DNA of 58,122 nt, counting the filler, from Bipalium vagum (Eukaryota): NCBI GenBank assembly GCA_037834085.1. It is 3 parts of 3 records of this genome, joined end to end, with 100 filler letters (N's around TTAATTAATTAA, not from the genome) between each part and the next. Parts side by side here need not be neighbours in the genome. Positions count along the whole stretch, not along the records: positions 1 to 17,710 come from JBBMKC010054777.1; positions 17,811 to 38,580 come from JBBMKC010247098.1; 1 more part is not named here. One strand, written 5' to 3'. The notes under the pieces were generated by a model, which was not told the origin of the DNA, searched no databases, and saw only the letters and a program-made list of their open reading frames with translations. Shown in pieces: positions 13,201 to 24,838 of this stretch; the stretch's first letter is position 1; each line of letters starts with the position of its first letter. Made by a program: the position numbers and the translations under genes.

Positions 13201-16164
13201 TCCTTAGTTACCATCTTGTCGTCTGGTCTTCGTTTCTACTCTGCTCTTTCCTTTATCATGTTTACTCTAGGTTTATATACTGGAATTCCTAACCTTGCTA
13301 CTAGTTCCTCATCAAGCTCACGATTCTGTGATTTTTCTTTTGGTTTCCCTATTTTAACCTGTGAGTCTCTTGTTATTTCATCATATATGAATGGATCCAA
13401 TGTTGGATATATTGTCGAACGTATCCCTTTTAATTATGTATATAGTACTGCCTCGGTTAGTAATTTCTTATTTATATTGAGATATCCTCCGCTGTCTGTT
13501 AATGTTGGTGCTACTTTCTTTGACATCGCTACGAATGTCATGACGCATACTGCTAACATGCTGTCGGCCCTTGAATTTTCCATTATCTGTAGCCTTGTAG
13601 CATGACACGCAATCATAGATGGTAGACTTAGCAAAGTCTAGTTTGTTCATATTTCTCGAATTGATTTGCCATTCACACTGTACTGTACAATAACTGTACA
13701 TTTGCGTGGTGTTAACTGCTTTTTTTGGTGCCATTATTTCAATAGAAACTACGAAAATGTTAAATTTAACCAAACTAAGCTTTTTTTACCTAGATATTTA
13801 TCGACAACAACAATAGCGTCAAATGATTTTTATAATAATAGTAAGTTCTTCATCTTCCTACTGGGTTATTTCCAGGTCTTGTTTGTCGTGGTCTTGGTTG
13901 TTTCCCTGCTCCAATATTTCCATTGATAATTCTCCCTTTTGGATTTCTCGAACTTGCTCTGATGGTAATATTCATCTAGCCTTTCGAGTGTCTTCTTCCT
14001 CGATACCTCCTTTAAAACTACCCAAACAATATCTTCGATTTCTCTTCTTGTAACTTCTTCCGTGCCTACTGTTGCCTCACACAGCTCAAAACTTCTTTGG
14101 GCAGTTCATTCGAAAATGTTTTTTATTGATTATAATTTCATTTAAAGTAAAATAAATTTAAAAATTAATACAAAATTTATTTTTATTTTAGTATAAACAA
14201 ATTATTTTGCTATCTTGTAAAGCTCTTAATTTTGCATTATAAAATTAAAAAAAAATAAGGAGAAAGTCAATCTTTTTCAAAACAAGTTTTCACCCGTGTA
14301 AGGTAACCTAATATATTCTTCTCATTTAGAAAAGAGCATTATCAGAAGAAACCAATACCTTAAGGGAAGAACTTAGGTCAAAGACAAACTTGGTTGATAA
14401 CTTACTGAAACAACTGGAAAATAAAAACAAAAAAATTGATGATCTTACTGATGATCTGGAATTAAGAGAGTCATCAACCAGAGGTAAAAGTTGGCAAATT
14501 CGGCAACTGGAAGAGCAGCTGAGAAAAAATAACAAGAATTTTACAGAAGTTAAATTTTTCTTTTTTAAAGAAGACTCGAGTTCATTTTTTCTCTAGATCG
14601 AAGCAAAATTAAAAACGGAAATCAAAATAATGCAAAAAAAGATAGATTCATTCCATCTGGAAAAGGCAAAAGAAATTGATTTGTCCATTAAAGAAATAGC
14701 GCTGAAATTCAAAATCCAGTTGGATGAAGCACAAATTGCAAAGGAAAATTTAGAAAATGTTAATTTGAGTCTGGAAGAAATGAAAATCCACTTGCTTGAG
14801 AAAGAAGAGCAAGTTTCAGAACTCAAAATTCAAGTTGCCAACCAATTGGTTGTAATGAAGAACTTAGAAAATAATTGTCAACTGAAACAAGTGGTTATCG
14901 AAAGACTTTTACAGAAGATCAATGAGTTCTCATTAACGGCATGTATGGTCGATAGACAGGGTAATTCATAATTTGTTTTATTCATTACATGATAAAATAA
15001 TTTCTGGAAATTTATCAATTTTCCTGGCATAACAGCAGTCAAGATAGAAAGGTGATAAATTAATGGTAATCCTTAAGTTAAGATGTGTAAGAAATTTTAA
15101 AGTACCAACCATCTTCTGAAAAACGTTTTTTACAATGTATAATTCTTAATTTATTTTACTTTAAATTTAAATAGCCATGTCGCGCAGTGGACCAAATGCC
15201 CAAACATCGATTATTGATTCTAATGATATCTTAGATTGAGAAGATATTTTGTAACAATAGTGTTTATTGAACTTCAGTAATTTATTTTACGAGCATAAAA
15301 AAATATTTAAATATTTTTATAATATTGTTAATATTATGTAACCTCGAGGTCACAATTTATTGATCATACTAATGTTTCTAACGTGCTATTTTAGTAATTA
15401 ATCAAAATAATCACAATAATATTTTTTTCTATAACAAAGCGTCCACAAATTAATCGATACACTAAACAGTAATAACAGTCGAATTTTCAGAATAAATAAA
15501 CGATATAATCTCAATAATCGAAGAAGAGACATCAGTCTAATCAATACAAAATTAGTAATAATGTTTGACTCTTCAAAATGAAACCAAAAACCAACTATTA
15601 ATCAAAATATTCGAATAATTAGAGTTCCAATTAAATTAATAAGGATAATAATAGATTCACGTACAATTATTGCTTCAAATAACAAATTAATCAAATTCTC
15701 AAAGTAGCACTAAATCAATCGTGAACACTAGAAATAAAATCGATTTAATAAAAATATTTAATTAATAATTAAAAAAACAAAAAATTAAGTCTAAAGTGAA
15801 AAGCGATTCACCAAAACCAGTCGATGTGTCACTGTGCCATAGTATTCCTGTAGACGGCCGATATCGACTAACCTAAGAAATCTGGATCAGTATTCTTAAG
15901 ATAGGGAATTATTCAAATAAGTCTTGCGAAGCTCTGTAATTTTCTTTCAGATATTTTGATATCATCTTCAAATTTTAATAAAAAATCTCGAATATATTTT
16001 TCTTTACTGGGCCATTTTACCAATACGATTACAATTTTATATTGGCCAGTTGACAATTTCTGATGAAGGGGAATTAATTAAATTTTTAAAAGTAAATAAT
16101 CCTTCTTCCATCAATCTCAATATTTTGAAATAAATGAAAATCGAAAAAATATTTTTAAAATTTA

Positions 16165-16211
<47 letters not shown>

Positions 16212-17052
16212 TTATAATAAAAATTAGAACTTTTTTATTATTAAATGGACATTATTATAACTCAGACACTATTGCGGGCTTTAATTTTTACTCCTATGGT
16301 AGTCATGACTTTGGCGAACCAAAAGTATTGCATATTATTTTAAAAATTAGTCTGTTTTTTGATTTTTTTATTTTTTTAAATCTGTCAAAAACGGTTAAGT
16401 TCTTATTTAGTAATGAAAAATGACGCACAACAATCCTTTGAACATGTTTTCATTTCATGCTAAAATTTCCTTATTAATATCATTCACTCCAATTTTTAAA
16501 TATCAAGTCATAGTTGAGATTGTTTTTAAAAAATATTTTAATAAATTTTCGGAAGTAAGAAAGTATTTAAAAGGAATTTAAATGAAATTATTTAGAACTG
16601 TTTTTGGTTACTTATTATTTATAATAAACAAGTTAAAGACATGCACTATCAGTTATGTTTGTGTTCATTATTTATTACCAGTCAACCGCTTGATGGATAG
16701 ATCTTGAACTCCTGCGTTGAATGATGTGTATAATTTAGAGATATATACAGTGGATAGCACCTAGTCTTCAGAAATGCGACAGTTAAATCAAAACAGATCC
16801 CAAACAGTTATCATAATACTAATATAATCTATACTTTTGCTTATAACCAGTTTTATCACAAATGGATAGTAAATAAGAATAATTTTAGAGCACCATTATA
16901 ATAAAATAACAAAAATGTGAATATTTAAAGTAACAAAAATATGAAATGTGCAAAGAAAAACAAATGAAACCTCCAACTAAATTTATTTATTTTTTTCAGA
17001 AATCTACTCGGGTCTTTATGGTCACTCGCTAAATGGTCAAGCTCTTCTGTGA
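1269..17052 (+). CDS. CCDC18: Large coiled-coil protein, CCDC18/Sojo(PMFBP1)-family-like, 15 exons, ~1113 aa
   Basis: Exons 1269-1391, 1439-1578, 4066-4309, 4351-4512, 6309-6597, 8601-8857, 9579-9896, 9939-10154, 11916-12218 (or -12212), 12272-12466, 12519-12749, 12809-13036, 14330-14548, 14597-14960, 17000-17052. All introns are GT-AG with matching phases and the spliced frame is open, heptad-rich and E/K/L/Q-rich. The N-terminal ENQRLHKQNLKLIDKLEEVTRELVKSKIKI and the later KSELETLKIRL resemble recalled vertebrate CCDC18 segments ([41 protein letters not shown]). The gene structure is high confidence; orthology is moderate; the last exon is less certain. Confidence 0.75.
1650..2584 (+). mobile_element. 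Degenerate Tc1-family (DD34E) DNA transposon in intron 2
   Basis: Frameshifted transposase motifs: GSASVMI..VIW.NGRT..IIIDGTL...RY, DNSKPYTAK, and WPTRSHDMSPIEHAWNQLG (cf. WPARSPDLNPIEHxW). TIR-like end TTTTTGTGGAAGAGTA near 2567-2582. Confidence 0.85.
3260..3750 (-). mobile_element. Mariner (DD34D) transposase N-terminal relic
   Basis: Minus strand reads LDKVEQIRTYILYEFNLNHRA...LTEKQKRMRI...RIIT*EEKWIVYN, matching the mariner HTH region and the first catalytic motif IVTxDEKW. Confidence 0.7.
4687..5915 (+). mobile_element. Degenerate mariner (irritans-like) in intron 4
   Basis: Motifs GRESVEDEPHS, KVCARLVSRL (cf. ARWVPR), SRIITIDE and HPPYSPDLAPSD (~5659-5692). Degenerate inverted termini at ~4687-4718 and ~5886-5915; length ~1.2 kb. 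Confidence 0.85.
7250..8220 (-). mobile_element. Degenerate mariner in intron 5
   Basis: Minus-strand fragments FYFKLGQKVAE...SDTFNLKNTLHTGYP (HTH region) and LHPKKIIIYV (cf. LHPKKVML), with many stops and frameshifts. Confidence 0.65.
10196..10334. mobile_element. 139-bp MITE with ~34-bp TIRs (Tc1/mariner-derived)
   Basis: Left end TAGAGGGGTCCATAAAAATTTCGTTTTTAAAAA versus reverse complement of right end TAGAGAGGGCCATAAGAAATATCGTTTTTAAAAA; TA at both termini. Confidence 0.7.
10524..11790 (-). mobile_element. Full-length but inactivated mariner (Mos1-like) in intron 8
   Basis: TIR TTAGGTTAATGTATATATTCTGTCG versus rc TTGTGTTGATGCATATATTCTGTTG. N-terminus KKDHFRIILLFDFNRGINVAESTRNI; C-terminus PDLTPTDVHLYPSMSNS (cf. 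SPDLAPSDYHLF). Length ~1.27 kb. Confidence 0.85.
13085..14060 (-). mobile_element. Ty3/gypsy-like gag-protease relic in intron 12
   Basis: Minus strand MINERMVSALLESGTTVSIIS is a retropepsin motif (ALLDSGAxxS, with D->E), preceded by a decayed zinc-knuckle-like segment; in-frame stops are present. Confidence 0.6.
16164..16212. repeat. (ATT)n microsatellite
   Basis: About 15 tandem TTA/ATT units, directly visible. Confidence 0.95.
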
Positions 17053-17635
17053 CCCGAAAATAATGATGATTGTCATATTTATAAATAGTCGTATAATAAC
17101 CATTTATTCACAATAGTAAAGTTTTCAAAAGTATCACTTAACACGAATCACTATTAACTCAAACAATGTAATGACTTTTGCCAATTAATAATGGTCTTTA
17201 GTATTAATTAAAATGATGATTTCAAATGAACTTGGAAGTTCATTATATACTTGAAATATCTTTTAATCCAACGAATCTCATGTTTTTTCACAAATTGACA
17301 GAAATAGTTTATTATTTATCCTTTATGAATTTTTTTTACAATTTTGATTTACAAGTTGAAAATAAATGCCAAGTCTCATTAAAATGAAATAGTAAAAATA
17401 TTTCTTAATTAAAGATTAATTCTTAAGAAATTGTTTGGATCAAGATAGTAACACATAAGCAATAAACGAAATTATAATGAAAATTATTTGCAAAATCGAT
17501 ATTAATCATTTTAATTTCGTTTTAAAGTTTTTATTGAAGTGTTCTAAAAAATTTTATTTCATGTATAAATAAAAAGATTTTTGAAATGAAATTTAATTTA
17601 AAATTTACAAATTAATTATAAATTAATTATAATTA

Positions 17636-17710
17636 TACAGTCGGCGCTCAGTTATTTGAACGCTTAGTTATTTGAACTTTCAGTTATTTGAATAATTTTT
17701 TGAAAAATTT
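17636..17710 (+). mobile_element. Terminus of a pogo/Tigger-like DNA transposon (truncated by contig end)
   Basis: TA-CAGT start followed by three AGTTATTTGAA copies at 16-bp spacing (17650, 17666, 17682), the usual pogo TIR/sub-terminal repeat layout. Confidence 0.5.
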
Positions 17711-17810
17711 NNNNNNNNNNNNNNNNNNNNNNNNNNNNNNNNNNNNNNNNNNNNTTAATTAATTAANNNNNNNNNNNNNNNNNNNNNNNNNNNNNNNNNN
17801 NNNNNNNNNN
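17711..17810. other. Artificial contig-joining spacer (N44-TTAATTAATTAA-N44)
   Basis: Exactly 100 nt with a palindromic six-frame stop linker; an identical copy lies at 38581-38680. Confidence 0.95.

Positions 17811-17882
<72 letters not shown>
17811..17882. repeat. (TAA)n microsatellite at contig start
   Basis: About 24 TAA units, directly visible. Confidence 0.95.
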
Positions 17883-18461
17883 GTATAGCTATTTTATGTG
17901 ACGGAATAAACAACTATTAATATTGTTATATTTGTATCGTGTCCATTTTAAATTAGTCAAAAACGTAATATATTTTGAACTAGCTTAATACATGCTTATG
18001 AAATCTTTTGTTCAAATGAATTCAGGACATTAACAGTTCTTTTAATATTTAAAACCTTTTAAGGACCCATTACTGAAGAATTTTTGCAAATGAAAATCAA
18101 AGTTGACTGTTTTACAGGTATCAAAAAACGCCAAGTGAAATCAATGGAATAAACTGTCATCAAGCTCATTCTGTAATGTAAAGAAGGGAAGAATTACAAT
18201 CTTAAATTTGAGTCCTTATTAACCAAAGATTGAAGCGAAAAGAAATTATATAGCCTAGTACATCTTCTGTCCATTGACCAAATGACATTGGAGTTCTTGT
18301 ATTTTATGTTTATATGTAACATTAAAAAAATTGAAATGCACGGATTTATTATTTGTACTTCGTCCTTAGTAAACGTTAAAATAAATTAGTTTCATTTACA
18401 TTTTAAACTACTAGTGCTGTTCGAAAAGCTGCAGGGTTAATTTAACAGTAACCAAAAAATA

Positions 18462-18769
18462 TATAAGGTCTACAAATATGACTCCGCCATTTTTAATTTT
18501 TATAATTAAGATTAAAATGAAATTATTCTTTTGAATATATGTTGTTGTTTAAATAATATTCACTTTGAGCGCTAATTATAATAATATAATAATTTTTTAA
18601 ATAGTTTGTACATCAGTTATTGTGAAAAATCACAACTTTGGGAAAACGTCATGAGTGAAGGAAATTATTTTTAATAAAAATCTTTTATAAATTTGCTATG
18701 GTTGTTTTTTATTTATTTGATTTTAAATAAGGGTAAAAACGGCGGAGTCATATTTTTAGACCTAAAATA
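18462..18769. mobile_element. ~300-bp mariner-derived MITE
   Basis: TIR AGGTCTACAAATATGACTCCGCCATTTTTA versus rc AGGTCTAAAAATATGACTCCGCCGTTTTTA, resembling the Mos1-type TIR. Confidence 0.85.
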
Positions 18770-18883
18770 AACCTTTTTAATATTTCATCTGTAATACTAA
18801 CACGTTTATAATATCATTTCCTTTTGTAAAGTCATTTGTTTAAATTAAGTATTTTAATTTGAGTTGATGACATTAATTGTAAA

Positions 18884-20533
18884 ATGGAAAAAATTGAATA
18901 TCGAGTATCATCAATTTTTTTCTCCTGTAAGGATTATTCACAACAGAAATCAATAAAGAATGTTCAAAGTATCAGAGAATGAACTAAGTTTTTTCATTTT
19001 TACAGTTTTTTAAACTTGTTAGCCCCTGAGATTCTCATTTATCTACCAATTTAAATTTTCTGTTTTAGTTTGCTGTTTAAACATGTGAGTTTCAAATTTA
19101 TTGTATAATTAATGTTATTAACCATTATCCTCTGGAATAGATGCTTCAAAAGTTCGCTGGACAAATCACAAGTTCGAGCAATTATTTATAGCAAATGGAA
19201 AAATAACACAATCACAAATGAAACTGTCTCAAAACTGAATGAGGTGTTTGGGGAAGAAACAATGCAACTGCGAACTGTGCAAAATTATTTCAAAAATTCA
19301 ATAGTGGCGATTTTTCATTGAAGACAAAGAGGGGCCTGGAAGGCCAAAAAAGTTGCAGGATTATCAAATTATGAACTTTCTTGAATTAAGCAGATCAATT
19401 ATTGCTAAACAAATTGTTTCTGAGTTAAATAAAAGCGATACAGCTATAAGAAACCGACTGAAAGCGTTAGGATTCACTTGTAAACTCGACAAATGGGTTC
19501 CCCACCAACTAGCTGAAAAAAAATTGGATCGCATTAAAATTTGTTCAAGACTTCTCGAAAGAAACCGAAATGATCCTTTTCTCTACCGGATAGTCAGTTG
19601 CGATAAAAAGTGGATCTATCATGACAACATAACTAGACGAATATCGTGGTCTTTGAAAGGAGAGCCTTCGCAAAAATTGAAAAACGCAACTTTACACGAA
19701 ACAAGGTTCTTTTACGCATTTGGTGGGATTCTCGTGGAATTATTTGTCAGGAGTTTCTCAAATCCGGGGAAACCATTAATTCTGATGTCTGTTGTGACAT
19801 GCTAAGAAGAGTTCATGCGATTATGAAGGAAAACCGAAGCAGTTTAATAAACCGAAAACAAATGATTTTCCACCCCAAGCCTTACAAATCAATGAAGACA
19901 TTCAAGATTCTTCAGGAATTTAAGTGAACTCGAATGGAACATCCGCCATATAGTTCAGACATCTCCCCATCCGATTTTATTTGTTCCGAGTATTACAGGA
20001 TCACTTGAAGGGTTAAAAATTTAAGAGTTATTGAAGGTATAAAGAATGAAGTACTTTCTTTCTTTCATTCAAAAGATCGAGATTTTCCAGTATACTGGGA
20101 TCAATAAACCCCTAAATAGACGGGAGGCAGTAATAGAAAACGATGAGGAATATCTGGATGATTAGTTGTTTAATAATGTTTTATGATTAATAAATTATAT
20201 TTAACTTCAATCTTAGTTTAGTTTTTAATTAAAAAACGAAAAACTTAGTTCGTTACCTGATATTAAAAGAAAGTGCTTTGTAGTTTTGACGTGATCATAC
20301 GATAATTTCCTATCTGGAAAGCTTTTTCATGACAACCAAGAACTAATTGATGCTGTAGATAGTTAATTTTCAGGCCTTGGTGAAATTCACTCCAACCAAG
20401 GTACTCAATTGCTAGAAAAACGCTGAACTAAATGTGCTGAGCTAAAAGAAGATTTTGTAGAAAAATAGTGTGATTTTTGAAAAATAAATGTCTTTTCTTT
20501 TTTATTTTCAAAACTTTTTAAACCACCCTTGTA
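18884..20533 (+). mobile_element. Internally deleted Himar1/irritans-like mariner, split by a nested mariner
   Basis: N-terminus MEKIEYRV at 18884. C-terminus LSGKLFHDNQELIDAVDS*F...GTQLLEKR*TKCAELKEDFVEK* at ~20308-20468. Right TIR AAACTTTTTAAACCACCCTTGTA ends at 20533. Confidence 0.7.
18972..20260 (+). mobile_element. Near full-length mariner (DD34D) pseudogene with TIRs and TA duplication
   Basis: TA-TCAGAGAATGAACTAAGTTTTTTC versus rc TA-TCAGGTAACGAACTAAGTTTTTC. Motifs KWVPHQL, RIVSCDKKWIYHDN, KVLLRIWWDSRG and HPPYSSDISPSDF; frameshifted; 1289 bp. Confidence 0.93.
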
Positions 20534-21239
20534 TGGTCCAAGGGGTAGTAGAAATCGATTTAAACTTAATTTTAGACTTGATTTACTAATAAATTTAACT
20601 CGCCTATAACGACGGAATAAAAGCTTACCAAATTCGAAAGTGATATCCGAATGATATTATAGGATTTATGTTATAATGATGGCCGTTCTTTCACTTCAAA
20701 TGTTTATGTATTTATTATTTCTTGTATAGCACAGATAAATCGAAAATAACTTTCAGAAACTGAAATATTTGTTTAACTGAGTGTTGATATTTTAATGAAC
20801 CTTTAATATCTTGAGCTTGAAATCACGTTTAGCTCTACGTTATTTTAATATTTACTTAGCTAAAAATTATTAAAAAGATCAATTATAAAGGAGATTTTTG
20901 TTATTATTCCTGACAAAAAAATCCTGTCAAAAATTCTGACATGTTGGGTGGCTAAACTTGAAACAAATTATGATAGTCATTTGTACGACTTCGTTAGTGA
21001 CTTGCGTTGACAATTTCTAAACAAGTGTCAATATGTTTGCTCAAGGGATTATTATTCATTTTCTGTTCAATAAAGTCTGATGGTAATCCAATAGCCGTTT
21101 TTCATCTCTCAATTCTTATGGGTTTTTAAAGGAACTCTTCACATGAACTTACAGTAACTAAAATTCGATTTTAGATGGATTCTGTCTAATTAAATTTGAG
21201 TTTGTAAAACTGAAAATATATCTCTGGTATCTGTCAGGA

Positions 21240-21560
21240 CTTTGGATAAGACACAATTCACTATTTCATATCAAAATCTACAGAACGAAATATTCAAAGA
21301 ATACTCAATAAACAGAAGTGAAACTAATATCTTCAAGAAAGATTATGTTCAGTTTGTTTTAACAAACGTAAAACCTTGGCATTACTCAAATCTTTTGAAA
21401 GAAAAAGTCAAATCAGGAATTCGTTCTCAGCGAAATGTAAACTCTTTTGTTTCGTACAAGAAAATATCTTGTCCACAAATAGCAGTTTTAAAACTGTCCA
21501 CCATCTGTTACACAGTTCTGGTTTTTCCAGCTTCGGATATTAAATATATGCACCATTAAA
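21240..21560 (+). mobile_element. Possible MULE/Mutator transposase relic
   Basis: LKLSTICYTVLVFPASDIKYMHH resembles the MULE-domain pattern YKLxxxGYPVLVxGxSDxxxxFH. The surrounding sequence is decayed. Confidence 0.35.
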
Positions 21561-22120
21561 GGAATTTTCAAATGGTAAGAAAATATTAAGATTATGACGA
21601 AAACACTGAAAATGCCGAACGTCACTGGTCAAACAACAAAACCCTTTTAGATTGATACCAAAGTTCTAAATAAATTGGGATTACATTGAAAAGTGATTGT
21701 ATTGAAAAGAAAATTGATAAAAACGCATCCCTGTTTAACTTTAACCCAGAAACGTACAGATCGAAATCTATGTATAACCCAGAAATTTATATGCAGAATT
21801 GTTTACACATTACAACAGGATAATAATCGAGTTTGGTGACAATTAATGAACGCTAAAGCTATAGAATATATTTTCCAAATAGCTTGGGGCAATTATCAAT
21901 AAGTAGATTATCCAGAAATTACCACAATTTGGAAAACTTGGTTTTCCTTTTTATACAATCATTATTTAATAACAGTATCTATAGTACCCATTCTAAGAAG
22001 ATGAATTTTAAACATTTTATTTCGAAATGATGGCTTGTTTGAGAAACATAAATTTAAAAGTATGTCCTTGAACTAGTATAAACCCTAAATCTCCATGTTT
22101 TACTAAATTATAAATAGTGT

Positions 22121-24838
22121 TAATAAATTATTGTTTTAAATATTGATTTTTATGAAACAGCAGATTTTTGAAATAAATAAATTTTAGTAATTGTTTAGTT
22201 TATTATTTCATATGGAATTTGAGCAAGTTAATATGGTGACCACAACAGCAGACCCACTAGTGGGAAGACTTCTTCCAAAAATGTTGAACCGTTCCGATGA
22301 TCTGGAAGTATTTATCAACCAACACCGTCGATATTTCGATGTTTTGAACAAGCCCAAGAAAAGTACCTCTTATCCATGCGATGATCGGGGAATATAAAAG
22401 AACAGAAAATTCGACGCTCGATTACGTCTAGCGTTTGTCAAAGAAAAGGATGTGGTTACAGACTGGGAAGAATTGCTACAATACCGACGTGGTTCAGAGA
22501 GCATTCAGACTTTTTCAGAAGGAAAAAAAATAAATGGAACACCAACTAACAGAAGATGAGTTAGTTATCAAAATGCTTTTGCATTTCGTAAACAACGACA
22601 ACATCAGCAGAGAGGCTGAAATGCGTTAAATGAAGACCGTTGAGGAAATTGAAAATTTAATGATTAAATTGGAAAATATTAGACAAAAAAATTGTTGGGG
22701 ATGTGGAGAATCTGGCCATATGATTAGGAATTGCCCAAAAAGAGATTCTTCACTATTTTTTACCTGTGAAAAGATCGGTCACATTAGCCGATATTGTACA
22801 GAGACGAGGTGGATAAACTGCGGACGAAGCGGATATTACAGGTCAGATTGTTTTAAAAATTCATATGACAGGAAGGATCCTAAGACGGACTAGAAATTTA
22901 AAGAAGAAGGAGTTGACCGAGAAAAATCACGGATCTCCAGGATAAATGGAATAGAAACAGATGACCCAATGGAAGAGGATAACAACAACAGCTACCCAAA
23001 GGCCAGAGCTCCGATAGACGGGGATATAGTGGGAGCCATCAATTAAACACTTTAAGTGAGATATCCCAGGAGGCCGAGAGCAGGAAAATGTGGGAGGAGG
23101 TGACAGGGAAAGTAATCGTTTTTTATAATATATTGTTTTCTAAAAAAGGAAAGTTTTGATAGAAAACAGTTTTAAAAAGGGGTTGCAATAAGTGATGAGA
23201 GGAAGAACGATATAATAGACTATCAGAAGATTCAGGAACCGCTGAGCGCTACAATAACATTGCAAGGACAGACGTTTGATTCTTTATTGGACACAGGGGC
23301 TCGAATCAACGTGATGAGCGGGAGGATTGTAATGCAGTTGAGAGGAACGAGATTAGAAAGATGTGATGACAATATGCGATGCGCAAACGATACCAGACTA
23401 GAGACGGTGGGCAAGCTCGAGATTAAAGAGCAAATTAACAACAGGCGAGCAAAGATCAAATTTATTGTAGTAAAATCGGTTACATCAGATATCATCGGAG
23501 GTATTGAGTTACAGAAACAATTCGGTTTTGTTTTCTACCAAAGTCAGAACAGAAAAATAACTCATCATGAAGAGGATTATGACCGAAAACATCTGTGCAG
23601 AATTGAAGCAAAATTTAGTAGGAATATAAAGGTAGGCGAGAAAAAACAAAGAAGGCTGAAGACATTGGGGATCAAGGAAGATTCAGCCTTATGGAAAATT
23701 ATAAATGAATTCGAAGATGCATTTAGGCTGATAGATGGGACGTTAGCTGCACTCATCTGAAGAAGCATCACATTTTAACAGAAGGTAAATCAATTAATAT
23801 CAAACCTTTTAGACAGTCGATGAATCTGGAAACTAAAATCAACTAAAATAAGAAAATGCCATTCATCTTGGAATATGCCATTGATCTGTGTATGGAAGAA
23901 GGATAAAGGAGAGATCAGATTATACTTGGACTTTAGGCAGATAAACGCAATTACGAAGAGATCGGCATTCTCCATGCCTGTCTCTGTTCAAGACACTGAG
24001 ATATTCGCAGACATATGTGCCCTTTGAGAGAAACGGTGGTTCGTAAGAGGTATGTTTTGGAATAATCGATAAGCGAAGCAAGTATGTAGTTCTAGCTGCG
24101 ATTGGGAAACAAGATGAAAACACAATTTTAAAAGTTTTATTAAATGAATGGATTTTGAAATTTGGATGGTTTTTGAATCAAGAAGCATGAGAGGATTCGC
24201 AGAAAAACTGAATATGAAGATATGCTTTTCAAGTCCTTACCATCACAACCCGAATGGCCAAATTGAGAGACAGTTTCGGACGATGAGAGACCTAATGAAC
24301 GCTACGTTAGAAGAGAAAAAAATTAGAGATCGGTCTGACATACTCAAAGATATCGAGTTTGCTATGAACGCCACATGGCAGAAATCAATGAATACAAGTC
24401 CAGCTGAATTTGTATTTGGTATAAGAATAGAATAAGAAGAACAAATTGGGAACCACACACGAGTGAGGTAGTCAAAGGAAAGTTCATAGATAAAAAAGAG
24501 ACCAGAAGAAGTTTCAATGTTGGAGAAGAAGTATGGGTCAAAGTCGAATGTCGGAATAAGGATAAAGGACGCTTCGAAGGCCCATACAAATTGATAACAA
24601 AGGTGCATGACCGACGATACATTCTACAGAACAGTGACAGCAAGAAGATTGAAAGGAATGTTGAAAAGCTGAAGAGATTTCTTTAAAGGGGGATATAAGG
24701 AATTATAAAGATTTTACGTAATTTTAATAATTCAGTAAAATCAATAATTAAAATTGTTTTAATTATTGATTTTTATGAAACAGCAGATTTTTTAAATAAA
24801 TAAATTTTAGTAATTGTTTAGTTTATTACAAGTTAACA
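22121..24838 (+). mobile_element. Ty3/gypsy LTR retrotransposon, internally deleted, with short LTRs
   Basis: 5' LTR remnant ~22121-22233 and 3' LTR 24694-24838 share ~70 near-identical nt (ATTGATTTTTATGAAACAGCAGATTTTT...GTTTAGTTTATTA). PBS TGGTGACCACAAC at 22234; PPT AAAGGGGGA before 24694; flanking AGTGT on both sides (22116-22120 and 24839-24843). Coding motifs: gag CCHC knuckles, protease FDSLLDTGARINV, RT start SSWNMPLICVWKKDKGEIRLYLDFRQIN, integrase SSPYHHNPNGQIERQFRT. Confidence 0.92.

Noticed and set aside
13105-13605. 166-aa hydrophobic plus-strand ORF resembling a membrane protein
   Set aside because: It is the antisense of the gypsy gag-protease relic and is not needed for the phase of the host gene.
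17650-17692. Regularly spaced direct repeats as a CRISPR-like array
   Set aside because: 11-bp repeats with 5-bp spacers, eukaryotic context and no cas genes; better explained as a transposon end.
17811-17882. (TAA)n/(TTA)n at contig starts as telomeres or chromosome-breakage ends
   Set aside because: The same microsatellite occurs internally (16164-16212) and orientation differs between the two contigs; simple assembly breaks are more likely.
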